Shown here: positions 8,435-18,175 of the stretch, one piece after another
Position numbering within the stretch: position 1 is the first letter of the stretch
Layout of the letters: each line of letters opens with the position of its first letter
NCBI GenBank assembly: GCA_964605225.1
Contig: CAZSAY010000004.1
Coordinates: forward strand, 1 to 60,658
Direction: 5' to 3'
From: an uncultured Thermodesulfobacteriota bacterium
Lineage (GTDB): Bacteria; Desulfobacterota; GWC2-55-46; JADFVP01
Length of the DNA: 60,658 bases
The notes under the pieces: generated by a model
Seen by the model: only the letters and a program-made list of their open reading frames with translations
Told to the model about the DNA's origin: nothing
Databases searched by the model: none
Made by a program: the position numbers and the translations under genes

Positions 8435-11125
8435 TTGAAGCTTAAGAGCGAAAAAAGGGGTTTTACGGGAAGGGTGGTCTCGTGGTGGGTGGCCTTTGCA
8501 AGCCGCCACGCCTGGCAGACCGTAATCCTTTGCCTCCTTCTAACCGTCTTTTTAGGCAACTACACCATACATCATATAGGGATAAATACGGACGCCTCGA
8601 AGATGATATCGGAAAAACTCCCGTGGCGGCAGAGGTATCTATCCTACAAAGAAAAATTTCCACAGTTCTTCGGTGAGATAGCTATAGTCATTGATGGCGA
8701 TACGCCGGGGCTTGCCGATAACGCCGCGAAGAGGCTTACAAAGCGCCTTCGAGGCGAGGTCAAGCTATTCAAGAGCGTCTATGAGCCCGGGGGCAATGAT
8801 TTTTTTCGCAGGAACGGTCTACTTTACCTGAGTACCGAAAAGTTGGAAGACCTCTCCGATCACATGGCCGCTGTTCAGCCTTTTCTTGGCTCCCTCATGG
8901 CGGACCAGAGCCTCGGAGGGTTCTTTTCCATGCTTACCACGGCCATGGACGCCGTGGAAAAGGGCGACGTTGACGAGGGGTTTGAGCTCGCGCCCGTGCT
9001 CGGAGGTGTAAGGGACGCGGCCGGGGCCAATGTGGAGAATCGATTTTACCGCCTCTCCTGGCAGGACCTCATGCTTGGAAAAAAGAGCGCGCCATCGGAT
9101 AAAAGAAGGTTCATAGTAGTTCAGCCGAGGCTAAGTTTCTCCGAGCTATTTCAGGGCGAGTCGGCCATGGTGAAGATTCGGGCCCTTGCAGGGGAGTTGT
9201 CCCTCGATAGTGATCACGGAGTGCGAGTGCGCCTCACAGGTTCCGTGGCCCTTGCCAACGAGGAATTTAAGAGCATAAGCCGGGGCGCGGGCCTTGCGAG
9301 CATAGCGGCCCTCATCGCTGTCCTGATAATCCTCTTCGTGGCCCTCCGAAGTCTCACGCTCCTCATCTCATCCTTTATTACCCTTATCTCCGGGATCATC
9401 ATTACCGCGGCCTTCGCCGCCTTTGCCGTGGGTAAGCTCAATATGATATCCATGGCCTTTGCCGTTCTCTATATCGGCCTCGGCATTGATTACGCCATAC
9501 ACCTCTGCCTCCGTTACCGGGAGTTGGTCCATGAGGGTTCTCCTCATGAAGAGGCCATTAAAAAGGCCGCCAGCGACGTGGGGGCCTCTCTGGTTCTCTG
9601 CACCATTACCACGGCGGCGGGCTTTTATTCCTTTATCCCAACGGCTTACTCCGGTGTCTCGGAGCTTGGTCTTATCTCGGGCACGGGTATCTTCATAAGC
9701 CTCGCTGTGAGCCTTACGTTCCTGCCGGCCCTTATATCTCTTCGGCCCCTCCGCGTACCTGCCGCGGTAGAAGTGGCGAAGCCGCTTACAAAGACCCCTT
9801 CTGCCGGTTTTATGGCATGGGCCCGGCAGAGGAGATTTCCTGTCATGGTTATCCTCGCCCTTGTCGGGGCCGGAGGCACGGCGCTCCTTGGTTGGGTCTC
9901 TTTTGACGGTAATCCCATGAATCTGCGTGATGCCTCAATGGAGTCCGTGGCCACCTTTAACGACCTTATGAAAGAGCCCGGCTCATCGCCCCTTACCATA
10001 GTGGCCGTTAAGGAAAAGGATACCGTGAAAGAGGCGGCACGAAAGCTGAAGGCCCTTGCCCTTGTGGACAAGGCCGTGCAGATCGAAGACTTCATACCGT
10101 CCGGGCAGGACGAAAAACTCGATATCATAGAGGAGCTATCCATGCTCATGGGCCCGGAGCTTGATACGCCCGGAGGCGGAACTCCCGGGCAGGGCGCTAA
10201 TAAGGACGGCGAAAGCAGGCTTAATGCCATTAAGGGGCTTACCGCCGCTCTTGCGCGGTACGGGGCAGATGAAGGGGTAAGTGCCGGGGAAAGGAGAGCC
10301 GCAAGGGAGGCGCGTATCGCACTTGGCAGACTTGAGGTAAAGCTTGGGAAGATGGATGGCGCGGCCATGAGACTTAGCCTGGATGAGTTTGAAAAAAGCC
10401 TTCTGGCCTCTCTACCCGACAGGCTAAAGGTTCTGCAGGCTTCTCTTACCGCCGGCCCCGTGGCCTTCAAGGACCTACCCGCCGAGCTTGTAAACCGCTG
10501 GGTGGGAAAGGACGGAGAGAGGCTTATAAAGGTCTTTCCTAAAAAAAATATCTCAGACCTCAATGACCTTACTGATTTTGTGAGGGCCGTTAGCGGTGCC
10601 CTGCCATCTGCAACGGGGCTCCCCGTTGTAATAGTGGAGTCAGGCCACACCGTTGTAAAGGCCTTCAGGCAGGCCTTTATCTATGCCCTTATATTTATCA
10701 TCATCATACTGCTCGTCCTCCTTAGAAATGTAAAAGACACGGCCCTTGTGCTCCTTCCGCTTCTCTATGCCGGTATCCTCACCGGGGCCGCCACTGTGAT
10801 ACTGCAGATACCCTTTAACTTCGCCAATATCATCGCCCTGCCGCTCTTTCTTGGCATAGGCGTTGATAACGGCATACACGTTGTCCATCGTGCGCGCTCC
10901 GCTTCTTCTACCCTTACGGACGGGCTCCTCGGCTCTTCTACCTCAAAGGCCGTATTCTACAGCGCCCTTACAACGGTTATAAGCTTCGGGGGGCTGGCCT
11001 TTTCAAGGCACAGGGGCATGGCGAGCATGGGTCATCTTCTTATCATAGGGATTGTTTTGACGGTTATCTCCACCCTTTTTGTCCTGCCCCTGCTCCTTCC
11101 GGGAGGTGAAGATAAAGGCCATTAA
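8435..11125 (+). CDS. hpnN: Hopanoid transporter HpnN (MMPL/RND family)
   Basis: 896 aa, two MMPL repeats, GLGIDYAIH and GIGVDNGIH motifs, FFRRNGLLYL, divergent from the hopanoid operon. Confidence 0.9.
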   Translation: MKLKSEKRGFTGRVVSWWVAFASRHAWQTVILCLLLTVFLGNYTIHHIGINTDASKMISEKLPWRQRYLSYKEKFPQFFGEIAIVIDGDTPGLADNAAKRLTKRLRGEVKLFKSVYEPGGNDFFRRNGLLYLSTEKLEDLSDHMAAVQPFLGSLMADQSLGGFFSMLTTAMDAVEKGDVDEGFELAPVLGGVRDAAGANVENRFYRLSWQDLMLGKKSAPSDKRRFIVVQPRLSFSELFQGESAMVKIRALAGELSLDSDHGVRVRLTGSVALANEEFKSISRGAGLASIAALIAVLIILFVALRSLTLLISSFITLISGIIITAAFAAFAVGKLNMISMAFAVLYIGLGIDYAIHLCLRYRELVHEGSPHEEAIKKAASDVGASLVLCTITTAAGFYSFIPTAYSGVSELGLISGTGIFISLAVSLTFLPALISLRPLRVPAAVEVAKPLTKTPSAGFMAWARQRRFPVMVILALVGAGGTALLGWVSFDGNPMNLRDASMESVATFNDLMKEPGSSPLTIVAVKEKDTVKEAARKLKALALVDKAVQIEDFIPSGQDEKLDIIEELSMLMGPELDTPGGGTPGQGANKDGESRLNAIKGLTAALARYGADEGVSAGERRAAREARIALGRLEVKLGKMDGAAMRLSLDEFEKSLLASLPDRLKVLQASLTAGPVAFKDLPAELVNRWVGKDGERLIKVFPKKNISDLNDLTDFVRAVSGALPSATGLPVVIVESGHTVVKAFRQAFIYALIFIIIILLVLLRNVKDTALVLLPLLYAGILTGAATVILQIPFNFANIIALPLFLGIGVDNGIHVVHRARSASSTLTDGLLGSSTSKAVFYSALTTVISFGGLAFSRHRGMASMGHLLIIGIVLTVISTLFVLPLLLPGGEDKGH

Positions 11126-11242
11126 GAGGCGCGTAATGGCGCGGCGGGGGGTACCCCGGCATGAGAAGGGCGAAGAAGGCCTGCTGTTTATGAATAGTTG
11201 ATTCGTGGCGGGGCCTTTTCGTAACAAAGAGTGCGCCCGGGG

Positions 11243-11878
11243 CTATTGCTTGTCGTAGGCGGCGATCTTCTTATCGAGTTTTTTGATAAGACTGGCGAAA
11301 CTCTTTTTTTTCAGTATGTAGGTGTACTGGGCGCGTTTAAGAGAGAGGTCGCTTACGCCGTTGGCTATGACGTTTATGGCGCGCCACTGGCCCGTTTTTT
11401 TTGATAGCACATAGTCGAGGTGGATGATTTCGCCATCGGACTTTAGAAGCTCCGTTCGCACAAGGAGACGCCCCCTTCTAAGGGGTTTACTTGAAGTTAC
11501 ACTTAACTTCTCTCCCGAATAACCATCAAAGCGCGCCGCGTATGTGGAGATACTGAGCACCCTAAACCTCTTTATGAGTTTGGCGCGTTGCTCATCGGTA
11601 AAGGTCTTCCATATCCTGCCCACGGAATAACGCGTAATGAGGGCAAAGTCATAGGTGCCCTCTACTACGGGTTTAAGCCGGGCATAGCGCCCGCTGTAGC
11701 CGAGCGTTTCAGCGTCCTTCATGACTGAGATAAGGGTCTTGTTAAGGTTTTCTATGAGGCGTTCGCCCTTGTTCATGCTCTCGGCGCGGACCGCTGAGAT
11801 AGAGCAAAGAGAAGTAATGAGCAATGCCAGGCCCAGAACCTTGAAATGCTTCAGCGCCTTGCTTATATACATATCCAT
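11243..11878 (-). CDS. hpnM: Hopanoid-associated MlaC/Ttg2D-family periplasmic lipid carrier HpnM
   Basis: Signal peptide, RYARLKPVV..YDF, STYAARFDGYSGE, WRAINVIANGVSDLSLKRAQY. Confidence 0.8.
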   Translation of the reverse strand: MDMYISKALKHFKVLGLALLITSLCSISAVRAESMNKGERLIENLNKTLISVMKDAETLGYSGRYARLKPVVEGTYDFALITRYSVGRIWKTFTDEQRAKLIKRFRVLSISTYAARFDGYSGEKLSVTSSKPLRRGRLLVRTELLKSDGEIIHLDYVLSKKTGQWRAINVIANGVSDLSLKRAQYTYILKKKSFASLIKKLDKKIAAYDKQ

Positions 11879-12266
11879 CCCCCATTTTTGAAGTAAATAG
11901 CCAGTTAATGGAAGAAATCTCTTTTATGGTGTATAGTATATTACAGAATTGGGTCTTTAGCAAGGGGCTAAAAGGGGAGGGCTGAAGCGATATGACGGGT
12001 CCCTGTATGTGAGAGGAGTGCTTCCTGTGCAGGGTATAAAGGGGCGATGTATTCAATGAAATATATCTTTTTTAAAGCAGTCCCTTATGGTATATAGGCC
12101 CTGAGATATGCATGTGTACGGGGGGATAGGCCGGGAGTTTTTATGCCCCGGATTTTTTCTGCAAAGTCTATTCCAAAAAGGGGCGTCCATGCGGCAGGTG
12201 GCGTCTATTTAATGAGAGGGGCCGGCTCCTTATAAAGCGGCTACTCTAAACAAAGGTGGTGCGGAT

Positions 12267-12887
12267 TTGAAGAAGATTTTAGTCGCGGTAATGGCACTGT
12301 TCTTTCTGACCATTTTATACACTCCCTCAGATGCCCGGACAGGCCCTGTCACGGAGCGTATAAAGACCACCATTGATAGCGCCCTTGGCGTCCTCAGAGA
12401 CCCGGCCTTGAAAGGCAAGGCCCATAGAGCGGAGCGGCGTGTCCGCATACGAGCCGCTATTGAAGACACCATAGATTTTAGAGAGATGAGCCGCCGGTCC
12501 CTTGGCCTCAACTGGCGAAAGAGGACCGCCGCCGAGAGAAAAGAGTTCACCTCACTTTTCAGCGACCTTCTTGAAAATTCATACATAAGCAAGATTGAGC
12601 AACAGACCGATGAGAAGGTCATTTATCTTGAGGAGAGGATAAATAAGAAGCACACAAGGGCCCTTGTGAAGACAAAGGTCGTTACGAGTCAGAAGACGGA
12701 GATCCCCATATTTTACAGGATGATGATGAAGGATGGCAGGTGGGTGGCCTATGATATCGTTATCGAGGGCGTATCCCTTGTGAGTAACTACCGTACGCAG
12801 TTCGGTAAAATAATCAAGAGGTCTTCATATGAGGACCTTGTGGATAATCTCAGGAAAAAGGTGGAAAAGATAAAATCCGCTTCCTGA
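12267..12887 (+). CDS. MlaC/Ttg2D-family lipid-binding periplasmic protein
   Basis: Signal peptide, IDFREMSRRSLG..W, YDIVIEGVSLVSNYRTQF. Confidence 0.88.
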   Translation: MKKILVAVMALFFLTILYTPSDARTGPVTERIKTTIDSALGVLRDPALKGKAHRAERRVRIRAAIEDTIDFREMSRRSLGLNWRKRTAAERKEFTSLFSDLLENSYISKIEQQTDEKVIYLEERINKKHTRALVKTKVVTSQKTEIPIFYRMMMKDGRWVAYDIVIEGVSLVSNYRTQFGKIIKRSSYEDLVDNLRKKVEKIKSAS

Positions 12888-13256
12888 CTTTGCTTTCTTT
12901 TTGACAAAATAAATGGGGAAAAGAAAAGCAACATGGGATTGGCCTGGTGCCTTTTAGCAAAGGGTGCGCCTGTCAAACCTTCTTAAAAAAACGGGACGAA
13001 GAAAAGCAACGGGTAAAAACCTCATCGCCCTTAGATATAGGCCTTGTTTTATATCCTTGATCTCCACCTCAGGGGAGGCCTCTATCCTTTCTTATAATTC
13101 TATACTTTGCCATAGCCCCGAATTTTAAGTATCAACCACGCCTTTTATCTTACCGGGGCCTCTTCTGCCTGGAGTTAGAGCTTTCCCCCCCTGTCCTCTT
13201 CTGGCCTCACCTTGTGGGGCAAATCCCCTTGAGTCTTTTTCCCCCGGCACAAAAGA

Positions 13257-13289
13257 ATACTTGACAAAAATAATAAGGTATATTAAATT
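13257..13289 (+). promoter_or_regulatory. Sigma70-like promoter overlapping an IscR/Rrf2-type operator
   Basis: TTGACA (13261) - 17 nt - TAAATT (13284); 25-bp ATACTTGACAAAAATAATAAGGTAT (13257-13281) has the ATAC...GTAT frame of IscR type-1 sites and lies upstream of the Rrf2 gene. Confidence 0.6.
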
Positions 13290-13334
13290 TAACCATATAT
13301 GGCGATAAAGTCCTGGGCTCCGGGGTAGAGGAGA

Positions 13335-13470
13335 GGGGGCTTTGATATACGGGGCATGATAACTCCGGAGCTTGAATATACGGGGGCATGATATTTTCGG
13401 GGGGCTTGATATAGGGGGCTTGATATTGCAGAGGGCCTCGTCTCCGGGGGCTAATGGGGGCCTCATGTAT
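13335..13470 (+). repeat. G-tract short tandem repeats, GGGGGC(T/A)TGATA, about five copies in the Rrf2 leader
   Basis: Copies at ~13335, 13351, 13382, 13399, 13414, plus further G5 runs to ~13470. Confidence 0.75.
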
Positions 13471-13511
13471 AGGTCGCCGTTTTTTAAGGGTTATAAGGGT
13501 TATGAGATAAT

Positions 13512-13946
13512 ATGAGATTATCCACAAAAGGGCAATACGCCGTAAGGGCAATGGTAAGCCTTGCGAGGCATGACGGCGACGGACCTGTAACGCTAAAGAA
13601 CATATCAGAGGGAGAGGGTATATCACTATCATACCTTGAACAGCTCTTTGTAAAGCTCCGCAGGGGCCAGATTGTTCGCAGTGTGCGCGGCCCGGGCGGC
13701 GGATACGTACTCGCGAAACCTTCTTCCGAGATAAGCGTAGGTGAGGTAATCTCCGTTGTGGAAGAGCCCCTGAACCCCGTGGCTTGTCTGGATAAGGATT
13801 CCAAGGGTTGCGCCAGAGCGGCAAACTGTTCCACGCAGGGGGTCTGGAAGGGGCTGGCCAATAAGATATCGGAGTTTTTGAACTCCATAAGCATAGAGGA
13901 CATTACGGCAGAAGTAAAGACCGGGGCCGGCAGAGGCCCTCTTTAA
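13512..13946 (+). CDS. Rrf2-family transcriptional regulator (IscR-like)
   Basis: MRLSTKGQYAVRAM, ISLSYLEQLFVKLRR, SVRGPGGGY; three Cys (C-x7-C-x5-C) for an Fe-S cluster. Confidence 0.92.
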   Translation: MRLSTKGQYAVRAMVSLARHDGDGPVTLKNISEGEGISLSYLEQLFVKLRRGQIVRSVRGPGGGYVLAKPSSEISVGEVISVVEEPLNPVACLDKDSKGCARAANCSTQGVWKGLANKISEFLNSISIEDITAEVKTGAGRGPL

Positions 13947-13980
13947 AGAAATGGACTACTGAAAGGAGGTCTCGTTTAAG

Positions 13981-15147
13981 TTGGATAAAATATATATAGA
14001 CCACAACGCCACAACACCGCTGGACCCTAAGGTCCTTGAAGAAATGTTACCCTATCTCCAGGATGACTGGGGAAATCCCTCAAGCGTGCACTGGGCCGCA
14101 AGAGGCCCCAAGGCGGGCCTTGATAGGGCGCGCGAACGCGTGGCCGCGTTGCTGAACGCCGCGCCTCTTGAGATAGTCTTCAACTCAACGGGCACGGAGG
14201 GAGATAATCACGCCATAAAGGGCGCCGCTTTTGCCAGAAAAAACAAGGGTAATCACATCATAACAACAGTGGTTGAGCACCCGGCGGTATTGAATACCTG
14301 CAAATATCTTGAAAAAGAGGGTTTTACCGTAACGTACCTCAAGGTAGACCCAATGGGCATGCTGGACCTTGAGGAGCTTAAGGCGGCCATCAGGCCCGAG
14401 ACTATTCTCATAACAATTATGTACGCCAATAACGAGACAGGTGTTATCTTTCCCATCCCCGAAATAGGCGATATCGCCAAGGAAAGGGGCATTATCTTTC
14501 ACACCGATGCGGTGCAGGCCGTGGGCAAGATTCCAATAGACGTAAAGACACTTAACGTAGATCTACTCACCCTCTCCGGGCATAAGCTCTACGGCCCCAA
14601 GGGCACAGGCGCCCTCTATGTAAGAAGGGGCGTGCGCCTTGTACCCCTTCTCCATGGCGGCCATCAGGAGAGGAGCCGCAGAGGCGGCACGGAGAACGTC
14701 GCCGGTCTTGTGGCCCTCGGCAAGGCCTGCGAGCTTGCGGGAGAGAATCTTGCCGAAAACATGGCCCGCAAGAAGGCCCTCCGCGACAGGCTCGAAAAGG
14801 GCATTATGGCAAACGTACCGGATGCGAAGATAAACGGCGATATTGAGAAGAGGCTCCCCAATACGACTAATATAAGTTTCGAGTACGTCGAGGGCGAGTC
14901 CCTTCTTCTGCACCTCGATATGAGGGGAGTGGCGGCATCAAGCGGCTCTGCCTGCACATCGGGAAGCCTCGAAGCCAGCCATGTCCTTCTTGCCATGAGC
15001 CTCTCTCACGAGATGAGCCACGGCTCCGTAAGGTTCAGCCTTGGCAGGCACAATACGGAAGCTGAAATTGACTACATTATAGAGATAATGCCGCCCATAG
15101 TGGAGCGCATGCGGAGCATGTCCCCTCTTTACGCGGGAGCTAAATAA
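13981..15147 (+). CDS. iscS: Cysteine desulfurase (IscS/NifS)
   Basis: DHNATTP, HTDAVQ, SGHKLYGPKG (PLP Lys), SSGSACTSGS (catalytic Cys). Confidence 0.96.
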   Translation: MDKIYIDHNATTPLDPKVLEEMLPYLQDDWGNPSSVHWAARGPKAGLDRARERVAALLNAAPLEIVFNSTGTEGDNHAIKGAAFARKNKGNHIITTVVEHPAVLNTCKYLEKEGFTVTYLKVDPMGMLDLEELKAAIRPETILITIMYANNETGVIFPIPEIGDIAKERGIIFHTDAVQAVGKIPIDVKTLNVDLLTLSGHKLYGPKGTGALYVRRGVRLVPLLHGGHQERSRRGGTENVAGLVALGKACELAGENLAENMARKKALRDRLEKGIMANVPDAKINGDIEKRLPNTTNISFEYVEGESLLLHLDMRGVAASSGSACTSGSLEASHVLLAMSLSHEMSHGSVRFSLGRHNTEAEIDYIIEIMPPIVERMRSMSPLYAGAK

Positions 15148-15174
15148 CTCACTACTTTAAGGAGAACGCATAAT

Positions 15175-15561
15175 ATGTATAGCGAAAAGGTCATGGACCA
15201 CTTTACAAACCCGAGGAACGTGGGCGAGATAGAAAAGCCCAGCGGAGAGGGCACCGTGGGCAACCCCGCCTGCGGCGATATAATGAAACTTACCATCAAG
15301 GTCGAGGACGAGAAGATAACGGATGTGAAGTTCAAGACCTTTGGCTGCGGCGCCGCCATAGCCACAAGCTCCATGGTAACGGAGCTTGTAAAGGGGAAAA
15401 ACCTTGACGATGCCGAGCATATCTCAAACGATACCGTGGCCGAGGCCCTTGACGGTCTCCCGCCCGTAAAGATGCATTGCTCTAACCTCGCTGCCGACGC
15501 CCTGCACGCGGCCATCGAGAACTATAAAGAACAGCACGCCGACGATAAAAAGCAGGGCTGA
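15175..15561 (+). CDS. iscU: Fe-S cluster scaffold IscU/NifU-N
   Basis: YSEKVMDHFTNPRNVG, GNPACGD, FKTFGCGAAIA, KMHCSNLA. Confidence 0.95.
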   Translation: MYSEKVMDHFTNPRNVGEIEKPSGEGTVGNPACGDIMKLTIKVEDEKITDVKFKTFGCGAAIATSSMVTELVKGKNLDDAEHISNDTVAEALDGLPPVKMHCSNLAADALHAAIENYKEQHADDKKQG

Positions 15562-15585
15562 AGATAAAAATCTTAATGTATATGC

Positions 15586-15630
15586 GAGGGGCCCCCGGTA
15601 TTTATAAACCCCGGGGGTCTCTTTTATTTT
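15586..15630 (+). terminator. Intrinsic terminator-like hairpin after iscU
   Basis: GAGGGGCCCCCGG...CCGGGGGTCTC followed by TTTTATTTT. Confidence 0.6.
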
Positions 15631-15678
15631 TCTTCATTAGGGGGGCTTTTTCAGATAAGATTACCTTAAGGAAGAAAG

Positions 15679-16818
15679 ATGAAAAAGGGCCGCCAAGAGG
15701 GACGGATTCGAGAGATGGTCTTAAATAAAAAAGAAAAAGTCGTTGTAGCCATGAGCGGCGGCGTGGACTCCTCAGTGGCCCTTGCCCTTTTAAAAGAAGA
15801 GGGCTACGATTGCATCGGCATAACCATGCAATTATGGGACTACTCGGAGGCAGAGGGTTCCGGGGCCGTCGCGGGCGGATGCTGCTCATTGGAAGACGTA
15901 AATGACGCCCGCCGCGTAGCCCACTCCCTTGACGTGCCCTTTTATGTCCTTAACATGGAGGGGCTCTTTGAAAAAGAGGTAGTGGATTATTTTACCAAGG
16001 CCTACATGAACGGCAAAACACCCAACCCCTGCATTAAGTGTAACGATGTATTAAAGTTCGACGCCCTTATGAAAAAGGCACGCGCCCTTGGCGCCGATAA
16101 GCTTGCCACGGGACACTACGCGCGTATAAAATATGCAGACGGCAGGCCCGTGCTCTTCAGGGGCGTGGACAGGACAAAAGACCAGAGTTATTTTCTCTTT
16201 ACCATGACCGGGGCGCAGATGAACGGCACGCTCTTTCCCCTTGGGACGATGACGAAGCGTGATGTGCGCGAGAAGGCAAGGGCCCTGGGGCTCAAGACCT
16301 CGGAGAAAAAAGAGAGTCAGGAGATATGCTTTGTAGAGGGCGGCACTTACAGAGAGTTTGTGCGCTCGCGTCCCGATGGGGGCTCCCTGGCCTCTCCCGG
16401 TGAGATACGGGACGGCGCCGGTAATATCCTTGGAAGCCACAGGGGTCTTTTTAACTACACCATAGGCCAGAGAAAGGGGCTCGGTCTGCAGGGAGGGAGT
16501 GGGCCTTTTTATGTAACAGAGATAGACGCTGTAAATAACCGCCTCGTCGTCGGCCCTGTAGAGGGGCTTTACTCAGTGGGGCTTCGGGCAAGGGGCCTGA
16601 TATGGAGGGGAGAAGAGGCCGAGGGGGCGGTTGGCCTCACGGCCCGCATCCGTTATAGCCCCGAAGAGGCCGCCTGCCGGATTGTATCGAGGGTCGGCGG
16701 TGATATCGTGGTGGAGTTCAGCGCCCCGCAAAAGGCCGTAACGCCGGGGCAGGCCGTTGTCTTTTACCGGGGTGATGAGGTCCTTGGCGGGGCCTGGATA
16801 GAGGAGGCCATGGGGTGA
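15679..16818 (+). CDS. mnmA: tRNA 2-thiouridine(34) synthase MnmA
   Basis: AMSGGVDSS PP-loop, PNPCIKCN, ATGHYA, KDQSYFL, ESQEICF, TIGQRKGLG, AVTPGQ; start may be 15715. Confidence 0.95.
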   Translation: MKKGRQEGRIREMVLNKKEKVVVAMSGGVDSSVALALLKEEGYDCIGITMQLWDYSEAEGSGAVAGGCCSLEDVNDARRVAHSLDVPFYVLNMEGLFEKEVVDYFTKAYMNGKTPNPCIKCNDVLKFDALMKKARALGADKLATGHYARIKYADGRPVLFRGVDRTKDQSYFLFTMTGAQMNGTLFPLGTMTKRDVREKARALGLKTSEKKESQEICFVEGGTYREFVRSRPDGGSLASPGEIRDGAGNILGSHRGLFNYTIGQRKGLGLQGGSGPFYVTEIDAVNNRLVVGPVEGLYSVGLRARGLIWRGEEAEGAVGLTARIRYSPEEAACRIVSRVGGDIVVEFSAPQKAVTPGQAVVFYRGDEVLGGAWIEEAMG

Positions 16819-18161
16819 GGGGTAATATTAAAAAAACCTTCTGCGTGACCACCCTTGGTTGCAAGGCCAATCAGTACGATTCCTCTGCCATGGAGGAGGG
16901 GCTTTCCTGGGAGCTCGGTCTTCGCGCCGTATCCTTTCCCGGCCCCGCCGATGTCTGTATCATCAACACCTGTACCGTGACGGCAAGCTCGGACAGGCAG
17001 TCGCGTCAGCTTATCAGGCGGGCAAGGCGGGAAAACCCCGGGGCAGTGGTGATTGTGACGGGCTGTTATGCCGAGGTCTCGGCGGCGGAGGTGGCGGGGT
17101 TGGAAGAGGCTGATTATGTCATCGGAAATTCCGCCAAGGCGGATATCGCCCGGTATATAAACAGGGTTAGTGACGGTGGCTCCATCACGTCTTTTGCGCC
17201 TGCCGGAGAGGGCGTGCCATGGAGCCTGCGCTCAAGCTCGGCCTCGGGACGAACCCGCATAAACCTCAAGATTCAGGACGGCTGTGATAGAAGTTGCTCG
17301 TACTGCATAATACCAAGGGCGAGGGGGGGCTCAAGGTCTCTACCTGCCGGTAAAATCCTCGGTGAGATAGATGAGATAGTGAGGCGCGGGTTTAAAGAGA
17401 TAGTCCTTACGGGCATTCACCTTGGCGGCTGGGGCCGTGACCTCTCCGCGCCAAAAGAGATAACCGGTCTATTAAAAAAAATTGAGGAAAAAAACTACCC
17501 CTGCCGCTTCAGGATAAGCTCCATTGACCCTGATGAGGTTACAGATGATTTTGTCCATGCCCTGGCCGGGTCCGCATCAATATGTAATCATCTCCATCTG
17601 GCCCTGCAGAGCGGCGACGATAAGATACTTAAAGCCATGCGCCGTACCCACGACAGCGCCCTTTTTAGAGATAAGGTCCTGGGGCTAAGAGAGAGGGTAC
17701 AGGGAATAAACATTGGCGTTGACGTCATCGTGGGTTTTCCCGGCGAGGGTGAGGCCGAATTTGAGAATACCTATTCTTTTCTGAAATCCCTGCCCGTCAG
17801 CTACCTCCATGTATTCCCTTTTTCACCTCGCGCCGGTACAGCGGCATTTGATATGAAGGGGCGCGTAGACGGGCAGGTCATCAAAGAGCGGTGCGCCCGT
17901 TTACGGGAGCTTGGCGATGAGAAAAAAAGGTCTTTTTATAAAACCTTTATCGGGGTAGAGGCAGAGGTACTGATTGAGGGAAAGAGGGATAAGGCCACGG
18001 GACTCTCCCATGGCAAGACAAGAAACTATATCAATGTCATCGTTGACCATATACCCGGCCATGCAGTCCATGAGAACGAATCTCTAAGACTTCGCCTCAA
18101 GGGGCCTGCCACGATAAAGGGGTTAAAGGGCGAGCCTTTTACGGGGGCAGAGGCAATATAA
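16815..18161 (+). CDS. mtaB: tRNA t6A methylthiotransferase MtaB
   Basis: TLGCKANQYDS, INTCTVT, VTGCYA, KIQDGCDRSCSYC, HLALQSG, HVFPFSPRAGT. Confidence 0.9.
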   Translation: MRGNIKKTFCVTTLGCKANQYDSSAMEEGLSWELGLRAVSFPGPADVCIINTCTVTASSDRQSRQLIRRARRENPGAVVIVTGCYAEVSAAEVAGLEEADYVIGNSAKADIARYINRVSDGGSITSFAPAGEGVPWSLRSSSASGRTRINLKIQDGCDRSCSYCIIPRARGGSRSLPAGKILGEIDEIVRRGFKEIVLTGIHLGGWGRDLSAPKEITGLLKKIEEKNYPCRFRISSIDPDEVTDDFVHALAGSASICNHLHLALQSGDDKILKAMRRTHDSALFRDKVLGLRERVQGINIGVDVIVGFPGEGEAEFENTYSFLKSLPVSYLHVFPFSPRAGTAAFDMKGRVDGQVIKERCARLRELGDEKKRSFYKTFIGVEAEVLIEGKRDKATGLSHGKTRNYINVIVDHIPGHAVHENESLRLRLKGPATIKGLKGEPFTGAEAI

Positions 18162-18175
18162 CTCAAGGCAAGACA

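Noticed and set aside
9646-10650. 334-aa minus-strand ORF inside hpnN
   Set aside because: Antisense shadow, Ser-rich, no motifs; long shadows are expected at this GC content.
72-12887. Complete hopanoid pathway
   Set aside because: No squalene-hopene cyclase, hpnCDE or hpnG in the window, so hopanoid production depends on genes I cannot see.
12888-13020. Further copy of the dispersed repeat after the MlaC-like gene
   Set aside because: GCTTTCTTTTTGACAAAA and GAAAAGCAAC resemble the hairpin, but the CCTATTGG core is missing; too degenerate to call.
13125-13903. Minus-strand ORFs across the Rrf2 gene and leader
   Set aside because: Pro-rich repetitive translation of the C-tract strand and antisense to a clear Rrf2 gene.
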